Shown here piece after piece: positions 35,123-44,800 of a DNA stretch of 64,000 nt. The DNA lies in the IMG/VR virus record IMGVR_UViG_3300028028_000001, positions 1-64,000 of that record. The stretch is one strand, 5' to 3'. A program made the translations under genes and the position numbers. A model generated the notes under the pieces. That model was not told the DNA's origin. It ran no database searches and was given only the letters and a program-made list of their open reading frames with translations. Within the stretch, counting starts at the first letter, position 1. Each line of letters opens with the position of its first letter. This DNA comes from a virus.

Positions 35123-35819
35123 CCCTCGCCTGTTGGATGATGAGTTCGCCGACGACTTCCCCGGATACAAGAGCCCGAAGCTCCAGGCGGTCATCCAGGC
35201 CACGAAGGACCACCTGACGAATCACCCCGAAACCGGCGCCGTGCTTTTCTGTGAGTACAACGGCGGGATTGAGGCGATGAAGTCGAGCCTGATCGAGGAA
35301 GGCTACCGCCCCGAGGACATCGGGGTCTATACGGGCAAGGTGTCAAGCCAGCGGAAACGGCGCGACCTTCAGAACGACCTGAACAGCGGCAAGATCAAGA
35401 TCCTCCTTGGCAACACGGCGGCACTTGAGACGGGCGCGAACCTCCAGAAACGCGCTAACTTTGTCGCTCATCTCAACACGCCATGGGCCCCGGATCGGCT
35501 TGTCCAGTCAACCGGGCGAGTCCATCGGCAAGGGCAGGAACGGAAGGTTACCGTATTTCGCCCGACCGGATCCGAGGTAGAAGAACTCATCGAGCGCGTT
35601 GTCTCGCGCAAGCTCCTTCAATCCTCACAGGCGACCGGCGTAACGATGGCCGCTGACTCTCATGTAGCTGTCTCCATGCGCCGAAAGGGCCGCGAAAAGC
35701 TCGACTCCTCCACGATCGCGAAACTGCTGGGAATCGACCCGTCGCTGTTGTCGCAGAAGGGCGATGAAGCAGAACGCGAGGCCGCAGAGATCAAGGAAAT
35801 GAAGAAGAGGAAGAAATGA
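34926..35819 (+). CDS. orphan SNF2/SF2 helicase C-terminal half
   Basis: 'LLRWQQLAIDPRLL', 'SPKLQAVIQATKDHL', 'AVLFCEY', 'ILLGNTAALETGANLQ', 'HLNTPWAPDRLVQSTGRVHRQGQ' correspond to motifs IV-VI. No motif I/II partner lies upstream. TTG start; stop ATGA-coupled to the next gene. Confidence 0.6.
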   Translation: MERHGCAKRRPAELRDKEGPGYDGPANQRLSAAKAGRLGPAHRAAAKSAPWTSQGVLLRWQQLAIDPRLLDDEFADDFPGYKSPKLQAVIQATKDHLTNHPETGAVLFCEYNGGIEAMKSSLIEEGYRPEDIGVYTGKVSSQRKRRDLQNDLNSGKIKILLGNTAALETGANLQKRANFVAHLNTPWAPDRLVQSTGRVHRQGQERKVTVFRPTGSEVEELIERVVSRKLLQSSQATGVTMAADSHVAVSMRRKGREKLDSSTIAKLLGIDPSLLSQKGDEAEREAAEIKEMKKRKK

Positions 35820-37537
35820 ACGACTCCGAAGCCACGAATCTCCTGCGCGCCTTGGCCCCCGTCGGTGGGTCTCCTGGTGGGTTCGACCCCAAGAAGCGCC
35901 GCGTGCTCGTCATGCGGCTTCATCGGTATCTGGTGGAGGATGGCGGCTACATCCCAGCGTGGCTCAAGAACGAGGCGGCCGAGATGCGGAAGGGCGTGAT
36001 CCTTTACGTCGAGTTGCACAAGGCCGCTCAACTTGGGCTCTTCGGTGGTCAGGGTCGGGAGTTTCGCCCGGAGGTGCCGAAGCCGCATGGTGGTGGTAAG
36101 CCTCGTGGGCCGCAGCAGACCGGGATGACCTCGGGCGGGCTCTTCGGCACGGTCTGGGTCAAGGACCATGATCGGGTGGTGAATGGGCACGTCGAGCACG
36201 TTGACGGTCATGAGAGGAAGGTGGTGGGGAATGTCCACGCGCCCACGTTGACAGGAAAGGAGGAAGGTGGTAGGGTCGAGAGTGAACCTTCTCCGAAAGA
36301 GGAAAGCATGACCCGGCACCCTGACGCTCCGGAAGGATTCGAACCGGTTGACATGTCCATTCATGGAGCCCATAAGGCACCATCGAACGAAAAGGGGCAA
36401 CAGGGCTCTTTCAACTACTGGTATCCGACGCTGGAATCGGCTCGGGCAGGCCAGAAGCACCATGAAGAGCAGCAACGAGTAAAGGGGGATATGAAGCGGG
36501 CGCGGGAACATGAGAAGATCGCTCGCGGATCGGCAAAGTTCATTGAGGCTGAAACTCAACGAAGAGCAAAACTCGCGGCGGCAGAGATTCGGCGCACCGC
36601 TGTTCCTTTTGTTCACCCGAGTATCTATGAATATCGGGACTACATCAGAGAGCAGGGTGGTTTCGTGGAAGATGGTGGGTGGAAGGTGCCAGCCGCAGCT
36701 CACGCCGCCATTACGGAGCACATCGAGGAGCGGAATCGGAAATTGGCCATCAAGCGCCAAACGAAGCCATCAGTAACCCCACCGGTTCCGGCCGCACTGA
36801 AATACATACCCATACAGCACTCGAACACCTACGACTATCGGGAAGACATCAAGAAAGCCGGTGGTCGGTGGGACAATAACCAGCGGGTCTGGATGGTCCC
36901 GGAAAACAGGCATGCCGAACTAATCGCCAAGATGACGCCTGCGCCTGCGCCCCCTCCCGCAGCTCCTTTGCCGACGATCGCACCAGGAGAAAAGGAATAC
37001 ACCAGATTTGAGAATGGATCGCGTCGTATGAAGCCCGCTCATCCGTTGGCTGTCGGAGACGTGGTGTTTCGAGGGGATGGCGCAAACCGAACTTACCAGA
37101 CGGTCACGAAAGTAAGGCCTTCGCTCTTCCGTTCCGAAAACGATCAGGAGGACTTTGGAGAAACCGGAAGAGGTGCAGGTTGGTATCATCCGTATACCGT
37201 TCGACCTGCTACTGAGGAGGAATCGGCCAACCTCCGCGGCAAGCACGCAGAAGCAGACGCAAAGGTCAAGGCTGCGACTGCCGCAAAAATGGCGCTACAG
37301 TCAGCCATCCAGACGGCGGAATATCCGAAGAAGGCTGAACCATCAGGAGAGAGCATCAAGATTGGTCAAAATGAAACAATTCAGGTTGAGCCAGACCTTC
37401 AACACGCGTGGCACATCAAGTATAACGGTCGTGATGGCGACAACTGGGCCTACAACAACCTGGGCGGCCACTCGATCGCGCATCGGTTCCCAATGACTCC
37501 TGAACTATCAGGACACATCGAAGCGCTGAAAGTCTAA
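35816..37537 (+). CDS. multidomain protein with QLGLF module and two tandem 'GGxWD...WxVP' (DUF5710-like) domains
   Basis: 573 aa. 'YVELHKAAQLGLFGG', 'WVKDHDRVVNGHVEHVDGHERKV'. Repeats 'YEYRDYIREQGGFVEDGGWKVP' and 'YDYREDIKKAGGRWDNNQRVWMVP'. Confidence 0.6.
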   Translation: MNDSEATNLLRALAPVGGSPGGFDPKKRRVLVMRLHRYLVEDGGYIPAWLKNEAAEMRKGVILYVELHKAAQLGLFGGQGREFRPEVPKPHGGGKPRGPQQTGMTSGGLFGTVWVKDHDRVVNGHVEHVDGHERKVVGNVHAPTLTGKEEGGRVESEPSPKEESMTRHPDAPEGFEPVDMSIHGAHKAPSNEKGQQGSFNYWYPTLESARAGQKHHEEQQRVKGDMKRAREHEKIARGSAKFIEAETQRRAKLAAAEIRRTAVPFVHPSIYEYRDYIREQGGFVEDGGWKVPAAAHAAITEHIEERNRKLAIKRQTKPSVTPPVPAALKYIPIQHSNTYDYREDIKKAGGRWDNNQRVWMVPENRHAELIAKMTPAPAPPPAAPLPTIAPGEKEYTRFENGSRRMKPAHPLAVGDVVFRGDGANRTYQTVTKVRPSLFRSENDQEDFGETGRGAGWYHPYTVRPATEEESANLRGKHAEADAKVKAATAAKMALQSAIQTAEYPKKAEPSGESIKIGQNETIQVEPDLQHAWHIKYNGRDGDNWAYNNLGGHSIAHRFPMTPELSGHIEALKV

Positions 37538-37539
37538 TC

Positions 37540-37818
37540 GTGCTGCTTCTTTTCGTTCTCCTCCTCTCCTGCGCCCCAGAACCGCCAGAAGTCTGCAATA
37601 TGGTCTCCGTGCCCTGGGAGCGCTCGACGCTCAAGGCGATCGAGGTTTACCTCGACTACCTGCCCTGTGAGGCCACGATCGGCTGCGAGTCGCTTAACGG
37701 GACCGTGACGATTTACGACCTGGAGCCCGTTTGCGGAGTCGCCTGCCGGGTATACGGATCCTGCCGCCCGGACGAAACGCCGCTGGAACTTCGATACTCC
37801 GCGTGCGACTGCTCATAG
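37540..37818 (+). CDS. Cys-rich lipoprotein (92 aa)
   Basis: GTG start. 'LLLFVLLLSC' is a lipobox-like signal (L-L-S-C), followed by 7 further Cys. Confidence 0.5.
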   Translation: MLLLFVLLLSCAPEPPEVCNMVSVPWERSTLKAIEVYLDYLPCEATIGCESLNGTVTIYDLEPVCGVACRVYGSCRPDETPLELRYSACDCS

Positions 37819-38625
37819 CAGCGTAGTTTGCTCCCGCTCCTCATCCTGGCCCATTGGCAGACCTATCTGAACGCCAGCGGCCTCGATGCTCTCCAACCTG
37901 CGCGCCGCGATGTCGAGATAAGCCGGCTCCGTCTCGATCCCGATGTACTGGCGCCCAGAGAGTAATGCAGCCTCTCCGATGGCCCCAGAACCTGCGAAAG
38001 GGTCAAGGACCGTGCCGCCATGGGTCACGACGGAAACGAGCCACGCGCAGACCCTTGGGGGCTTTTCGGTGACGTGCTCGCGGTCCCTTGAAGACGCCTC
38101 GGTGACGTAACCGGGCAGGCAGCCGATCCCTGGTCTGTCGGTCGGCATCGGTCCAAGGGTTCCGACGGCGATGAATTCGCCCGGGTTCCAGAACCAGCCC
38201 ATCCGAGGCCTTGACGATCCGGGAGGCTTCAACCACGGGTGGATCCCGCGAAGGATGAACCCGCCCACTTGGAGCGCATCACAGACCGCGCCAACCTGCC
38301 GCCAGTCGGAAAAGACGCATGCCGGACTGCCGGGGAGCATGACCCGAGTCGCACGGGCCGCAATCTCCCCAAGCCAGATCGTGAAGGATCGCTGGTCTCG
38401 GTTGTCGCCTGCGAAGTTCGGAAGGTATTCGGCCTGCGCGGAATCGGAGCTGAGATACTTCTTGCGGGTGTCTAGCGTTCGATCACCACGGAAGGCACCC
38501 CCCGAAGAGTACGGGGGATCCGTGATCAGGGCGTCAACGCGGACGCGTTCGCGTTCGAGATCCGCGAGTACGAACAGGGAGTCGCCGTTGTAGAGTTTCC
38601 AGGTCTTTCCTTGGGCGTGTAGCAT
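37813..38625 (-). CDS. DNA methyltransferase (N6-adenine or N4-cytosine; DPPY before FxGxG)
   Basis: 'DALITDPPYSSG' (motif IV) lies near the N-terminus and 'VLDPFAGSGAIGEAA' (motif I) near the C-terminus. Only minus-strand gene in the right arm. Its stop overlaps the lipoprotein stop (TCATAG). Confidence 0.85.
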   Translation of the reverse strand: MLHAQGKTWKLYNGDSLFVLADLERERVRVDALITDPPYSSGGAFRGDRTLDTRKKYLSSDSAQAEYLPNFAGDNRDQRSFTIWLGEIAARATRVMLPGSPACVFSDWRQVGAVCDALQVGGFILRGIHPWLKPPGSSRPRMGWFWNPGEFIAVGTLGPMPTDRPGIGCLPGYVTEASSRDREHVTEKPPRVCAWLVSVVTHGGTVLDPFAGSGAIGEAALLSGRQYIGIETEPAYLDIAARRLESIEAAGVQIGLPMGQDEEREQTTLL

Positions 38626-38790
38626 GGTGGAAGTGTAACACGTTGCATGGAGAGGTCAAGGTGGCACGGTCTTTGCTACACCTTTCAGTGAAAGGAAAGA
38701 CCATGGAAACCCTCATCGCGGCGGGATCGGCTCCGGCCATCCTCATGTCGAGTTCTTCGTTCCCGTCTACCGAATCCACGCGAGCAAGCC

Positions 38791-39006
38791 ATGACCTGCC
38801 CCCGCTGCCACCAGCAATTCACCCCGACAGCAGAGGAGTCCAAGTGCCCCGACTGCGAGCGGGAGATCCTTCGTCGCAGGTACGAGATCGCCAGGATCCG
38901 CCGACATGGCGAGACCTGGCTTCTCGTCTCCCCGCGCCATGTTCTCGCGGGTGGGTTCGCCTCGCGCGAGCAGGCCGAGAGGTTCCGTTCCGCCAGGGTG
39001 GGGTAG
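38791..39006 (+). CDS. zinc-ribbon protein (71 aa)
   Basis: 'CPRC...CPDC' pair. Confidence 0.5.
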   Translation: MTCPRCHQQFTPTAEESKCPDCEREILRRRYEIARIRRHGETWLLVSPRHVLAGGFASREQAERFRSARVG

Positions 39007-39013
39007 ATCCGGA

Positions 39014-39511
39014 ATGGACCTCTTCAACCATCAAGGCGCCGTCTTCTCGGAGGATCGCGTCTACCGCTATCGGCTCTGGCGGCATCCTCCTGATACCCGG
39101 TTCGCCGCGTTCATCGGGCTCAACCCGAGCACCGCTGACGAAACCCAGAACGACCCGACCGTGACCCGTTGTATCGGGTTCGCTCGGTCGTGGGGTCTTG
39201 CGGGCATGGAGATGTTGAACCTTTACGGGTTTCGCTCGACGGATCCCGATCCGATGTTCAAGCACTCTGCTCCTATAGGACCGGGCAACGACGAGGCGAT
39301 CCTGGCGGTCGCTCGTGAGGCGTCGATCGTGATCGGCTGCTGGGGCGCGTTTCCTCAAGCCCGCATCCGTGCTATCGAGGTTCATAGGATGCTTTCCTCT
39401 GCCGGTATCGTGCTTCATGCTCTGCAATTGACTTCGCAGGGTTGGCCTCGGCATCCTCTCTACCTCTGCCGAGACCGGGAGCCCTTTCCATGGAGGATCC
39501 CTGCGGGGTAA
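39014..39511 (+). CDS. DUF1643-like protein
   Basis: Internal ATG of ORF 38906..39511. 'FSEDRVYRYRLWR...AFIGLNPSTADETQNDPTVTRCIGFARSWGLAGMEMLNLYGFRSTDP' matches the DUF1643 pattern I recall (YRY.L.R...NPS.AD...DDPT...NL). Confidence 0.6.
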   Translation: MDLFNHQGAVFSEDRVYRYRLWRHPPDTRFAAFIGLNPSTADETQNDPTVTRCIGFARSWGLAGMEMLNLYGFRSTDPDPMFKHSAPIGPGNDEAILAVAREASIVIGCWGAFPQARIRAIEVHRMLSSAGIVLHALQLTSQGWPRHPLYLCRDREPFPWRIPAG

Positions 39512-39537
39512 AGAGGTAACACCATTCGAGGGTTCCC

Positions 39538-41871
39538 ATGCACCTCTATCGCCCCGTTCGATCCGCTGACGGTTCTCTTTCGCTACGTGCCTCGGAACTG
39601 GTCTTCCGTCGCCCCGATGTGGCCCCCCGCGAGCTGCGCAAGGCCCTTCGTCTTCCGATCGGCATCGGCTGGCGTGACATCGACCAGGACGTGGACGGTG
39701 GCAAGGAGAAGAGGATCGTGGAGTGGGGAACGGTCTCCCGCTACTGGCCCTCACTCGAAGCCGCCATGGCCGCAGAACGGCGCTACCTGATCCTCGGGTC
39801 GCAGGATGACGGCTACGGGATTCCCCAGGTCGAGCGGCCCGGGTCGGTCCAGGCCTGGGAAGCACGGGAGCGCGCCCGTTCGGCTCATGAGATGGTGATC
39901 TACTACTCGCCCGACGGGTGGACGGCTCTTGCTGGTGACGAGCACGGTGGGCAGGTCAAGGTGCTCGACGACTGCCGCGCGTACCGCTGGCCCTCGCTCA
40001 TGGACGCGCTCTCTGCTGAGACGGCGTGGAGAGAGAAGGCGGACGCCGCGACCCTCAAACAGGTCCAGGCCGAAGCGCGCGGTGGAGAACCGAAGCCTTC
40101 GTTCTACGGTTACGGCGCGTTCATGGACGCGGCGCGGAAGTGTGCGGAGTTCATGGCGCTTGCGGATCCGGGTGTCGGGGCGCCTCTCGTTCGGTTCACG
40201 GTGGACCTTCGCAAGGCCGCTCAAATGGGGTTGTTCGGAGGGGAGACACGGATCCCGGAGCGGTCGCATCAAATGGGCCTCTTCGGTGGGACCGCGCACG
40301 TCAAGGCGCATACCCGGGTGGTCCATGGGCATGTGATCGAGGTGAAGGCCCATGATCGGGAGGTCGAGCATGGGGCGAACCATCCTCCCGAGGTGATGGG
40401 GCACTCGGCGCCGGGACATCGGGTGGATGTGGATGCGAAGGTGGCATGGCCAGAAGTCAAAGAAGGCAACCTGTACCGCATCCATTTCGACACCCGCGAC
40501 GAAGGCCAGCCGCACGGCGACTATATCGCCAAACGAGCCTCGACGAATCATCACCAGTTCGAGAACCTTCTCAACGGCGCCCCCATGATGTTGAACCGGG
40601 ATGCGGAAGGGCAGGGGAAGCACAGTCTGAGCGGCAAGGAAGGTGTCAGGATCCGAAGCGTTACAGGGTTTGAGGATGCTCTGGATGAGGCGAAAGCCAA
40701 GCATGAGATCATCCGAAAGGACGCGGAACGGGCGGCTTTGGCACCGAAGGTTGAGGAGAAGCCCTCCATTTCCGTCGATCCGGCCCAAATCGTCAAACCA
40801 GCGGACATTCAACCACCGGGCCCCATTCGTGACTACACCGACATGAAGCCATCGGTCGGTATGAAGGTTCACGGGCACTACATGCGGTCACCCTTCACCG
40901 GCACGGTCCATAACATCGAATCCGACTCAAGCGGATACCCTGGCACCCAGAACGATCGCAGGTTGTGGGTGAAACTTGATAGCCCCCTGGTGGTCCCGGA
41001 AGGTGATTCGTCATACCCCGCCGGTCACGTTCGGCGCGAGGCAGGGGAAAGCATCATTTTCCACGGGGAAAAACAGGCGTCAGGACATACACGGGTTCAT
41101 CATGACACCCATCAAACCCTGGATTCGGTAGATAATCCGCTTCCTGGGTTGGTGCCCTTCGTAACAGACTACGATTCACGAAAGAAAACCCATACCCTGT
41201 CCGTGAACGGGAAGATGTCGAGCCATCCGACGCATGAAGCCGCGTTTGCTGCGGGGATGGAGGAGGTCAAGCCCACAACGCAACTTATCACCGAAGATGA
41301 GCTGAGAGAGCAGACCATCAAGCCCCCACCCAAGCCCACCCTATCCGTCAAACCTGCGGAAATCGTTCAGGTTATACCGGGTATGGAGCACGAACATCCG
41401 GACTTTCCAGGCCACCGGTTGACCCGTGTGCAAACCCGGGAGAGGGACATCAGTTCCCGTGGTCGGGGACATGATTTATACACAATGATTGCCGGCCCAG
41501 AAGATGACACAATGCACTGGAGCGACAAGCATGTTGGCCATGAAGTAATTTCGGACGATTATCCAAGGTCAAGGTCCATACGATCAAGCGATAGACATGG
41601 TGAAACCTATGCGCATATGCCGCTCAAGCCCGGTAGTGTGATTATGCGTCTCAAAAAGAATACCGACGGGACAACCCAGAAGTCTGCGTTAGTTGTTCCG
41701 GAAAGTGGAGGAGACACATACCCAAGACACAAAGATCAACCACTGGACGCCGATAGTTTGCCGTCTGCAACGGTAACCTCACGCAAAGCGGCTACTGGAT
41801 GGGAAACTGTAGTAGATATCCCCGAAGGGATATCGGGTGTCAAGGCTGGTAAGCGAATTTACCGAGGATAG
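39538..41871 (+). CDS. large multidomain protein (777 aa) with two QMGLF modules
   Basis: 'TVDLRKAAQMGLFGGETRIPERSHQMGLFGGTAHVKAHTRVVHGHVIEVKAHDREV'. I recognised nothing in the remainder, and the distal part has lower GC. Confidence 0.6.
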   Translation: MHLYRPVRSADGSLSLRASELVFRRPDVAPRELRKALRLPIGIGWRDIDQDVDGGKEKRIVEWGTVSRYWPSLEAAMAAERRYLILGSQDDGYGIPQVERPGSVQAWEARERARSAHEMVIYYSPDGWTALAGDEHGGQVKVLDDCRAYRWPSLMDALSAETAWREKADAATLKQVQAEARGGEPKPSFYGYGAFMDAARKCAEFMALADPGVGAPLVRFTVDLRKAAQMGLFGGETRIPERSHQMGLFGGTAHVKAHTRVVHGHVIEVKAHDREVEHGANHPPEVMGHSAPGHRVDVDAKVAWPEVKEGNLYRIHFDTRDEGQPHGDYIAKRASTNHHQFENLLNGAPMMLNRDAEGQGKHSLSGKEGVRIRSVTGFEDALDEAKAKHEIIRKDAERAALAPKVEEKPSISVDPAQIVKPADIQPPGPIRDYTDMKPSVGMKVHGHYMRSPFTGTVHNIESDSSGYPGTQNDRRLWVKLDSPLVVPEGDSSYPAGHVRREAGESIIFHGEKQASGHTRVHHDTHQTLDSVDNPLPGLVPFVTDYDSRKKTHTLSVNGKMSSHPTHEAAFAAGMEEVKPTTQLITEDELREQTIKPPPKPTLSVKPAEIVQVIPGMEHEHPDFPGHRLTRVQTRERDISSRGRGHDLYTMIAGPEDDTMHWSDKHVGHEVISDDYPRSRSIRSSDRHGETYAHMPLKPGSVIMRLKKNTDGTTQKSALVVPESGGDTYPRHKDQPLDADSLPSATVTSRKAATGWETVVDIPEGISGVKAGKRIYRG

Positions 41872-41874
41872 CCC

Positions 41875-44800
41875 ATGTTCACCCCCTGCAAGTGCTCCAA
41901 AGGCTGCAAGGCCCACGCCATCATCACAGCGCTCGACATGGACGGGACCACCTACCCTGTGCGAGTCCCCTATGAGCACCGCTACTCCTCGATCGGCTGG
42001 GGCGACCGTCCGCGCGTGCGGTTCGGTGATTCCGTAGCCGTCGAAGTGGCGCGCGGAGAGAAGGGCGTCCAGGCTCTTGACGAACTCGGCAACCTTCACC
42101 GGTTGAACCATGGCGCGTTCTCCACCTGGATTCCGGAAAGGAAGGGCAAGGCTCTCAAAAAGGCGGAAGTCAAAGCCGGTCAACGATGGATCACGGTCCA
42201 CCCCGGCGGCGAAGGCTCAACGGGCGTCCCCATCCTGATTCAGGAGGAGAAGGACGGAACCCACCGAGTCGTGGCAGGCGCGGGCGGGAAACTGACGCAC
42301 CTCCGGCTTGAGAACGTCAAGAGCGCGGACGAATACGCCAAGTCCAAAGCCGACAAGAAGGCCGCAAAGAAAGAGAAGGACAAGACCGCTCCGAAGGAAG
42401 TCAAGGAGACCAAGAAGGAAGCCCACGAGAAGAAGCGCGAGGCCGAGCGCCAGTTCGTCAAAAAGGTGAGCACGAAACTCGGGGGAGTCTCCGAGGATCG
42501 CAAGCGTGACGAATCCGAATCTCCCGCCGTCGCACGTCGGCTTGACGCGCAGCATCATCGAAAGCAGGTCAACGAGGCCAAGAAGCGCGCCCACGGAGCC
42601 ATGCAGGCGGTCGTTGCAGAGCGGACCGGGCAGGAGAGGGCAAAGGCGCTCACCTCCGAGGATACTCCCGAGGTCTCCGCTCACGTTCAGGAAACGATTC
42701 GCGCAGAACTCGACGACGAGGAAGCCGCTCAGAAGGCGCGCAAGGAAGCCCGCGCGCCAAAGATGATGGCCTCCCGGGCCGTGGACCCCGGAGCGCAAGA
42801 GAAAGCCGTCGTCCATGCCGTTGAAGCGGTCAAGCAGGCCCCTGAGCAGCTCGACAAGACACTTGAAGCGCTCGGCGGGCGTACTGACTCGGGCGAGGTT
42901 CTCCGGCTCTCTGTCGTGCCTGCCGTGGAGGCGAAACGCCGGTCCCTGCAAGCGCTCCAGGACGCCCAGATCATCCATGAAGCCCTATCGAACGGGCCCC
43001 CGAAAGACGAGAAGCAGCAGGCGATCGTGGAGCAGGCCCTGGGCGGCGCGAAACTCGGAACCGAGGAGGCCAAGGAAGCACTCCAGACCGCCATGGTCTC
43101 GAAGGTCAACGAAGCCGAGCGGCACGAAGTCCAGTCCAGGAAGCTCGACCAGATCGCACGGGACAAGGGCGAAGACGTGGCCGACCGTGCTCTCCGGGCG
43201 ACCGACGCGGCAAGGGCCATCGCTCGCGAAACACAGGAAGCGCGGCGCCTGGGACTCGACAATCCCGAGAAGACGCCCCTTACTGTGCCTGAAACCGATG
43301 AACTCATGGACGTGGTGAAGGACCTCCAGGACCTGAAAGCGAAGACCCGAGCCCTGAAGAACGTCGTCAAGGACGCGGAAAAGGGCAACTTCGATCGGTC
43401 GCGCCGTGCGTTCAAGATGGACGTTCAAGCGGCCCCCAAAGACGTGGAGATGTCGATCGAGGAAGAGGTTCAGCGCTCACTCACGGAGCAGCTCCTCGGC
43501 GCGGTCAAGACCGATCGCCCGGAGTACATCCAGGGCGTCACCGCTGGGCACTATGACGCCCTCGCGGATGTCGGCTTGCAGATTGGCGGCCAGCGCTACC
43601 TGGACCGCCCCACGGTGGACGCTCTCGGCGCGAAGAATGCCGCGATCCTACTCCGGTATGGGCTTGACCAGGACGGGCACGATATGGACGCCGTTCGCCA
43701 GGCCGTGGAAGAGTCGCACGTTGACGCGGTGAAAACCGAAGCCGCCAAAGCCATCGAGAAAGCGCGATCCTACGTCCCTGGGTTGGTCCACGAAGTCGAT
43801 ACAACCGAAGACGCCGAAGCAGCAATGGCGCACTTGGACGCCCACGAATCCGAGATCGTCTCAGCGCAGAAGGCCCTTTCCTCGGCGATCGGGAGGCTCG
43901 AAGGTACGGCTACCCTTGGCCAGGCGCTGCGCGACAAGATGCCCGATAGCCTTTCCGTTCGGGGCACCTCTCTTGAATCGTCTCAGCAGTGGGTTCATTC
44001 GCTCGGGCTTCACCCTGCCGATTACGAGGTGAACGCTGCACGGAACGAGATTACGATCCCCCGCCGATCGTGGGACAAACTGCTATCCCGAGACTCGCGC
44101 GAGGACATCGACAACCGGCGCGTGGTCAACGAGATCAAGGCAGGTCAGCACGACATCAAGGGTTGGCTTCCTCCCGGCATTGCCTATCGAGAGGCCTCCA
44201 CGTTCACCGCGCCCGTTCCCAGCGCTCCTCGCATGTGGGAACCGCTTTCGTTCGATGGCGACCTCGACGAGGCCATCAAGACACACGTCGGCGCCCGGTT
44301 GGCATCCGGTGAGCATATCGGGGAGATTGCGTCTGACATCTCCTCGGAAGGTGTTGCTTCGCAGGCCCCGAGCGCGAAGGAATACCGCGCGGCACTCGAG
44401 CGGCACTTCCCTCTCTACAAGGAAGGTGGAAAGGAACGGCTCACCGAAGCCCTGGCGGCTCTTGGACCTCGGCCGGAGAACGAGAACGAGGCGATCGAGT
44501 GGGACCGAAAAGCCATTAAGGCGGAGCAAGCGGAAAAGGTAGGCCTGACGCACTTCGCCGACAAGTGGGAGTCCTGGGCCCAGGACTACATGGAAAAGAA
44601 GCACGGTGGCGAGGGAGCCTATCACTCGCAGAACCTGCATCCCGAGGACGTGGCGACCCGTGAGGCCATTTTCCGGACGCTGGCGGATCACCCGGAGGGC
44701 AAGATCGCCTTCAAGCCGTCGGGTCAACTGACACCGCAGGAAGAGGGGGTGATTCGGGACCGGTACTATCAGAGGATGGGGATCGACCCGAAGGTGAAGG

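Noticed and set aside
38643-39164. A 173-aa plus-strand ORF spanning the methyltransferase promoter region and the zinc-ribbon and DUF1643 genes.
   Set aside because: It is Ser/Pro/Arg-rich and overlaps two better-supported genes in other frames.
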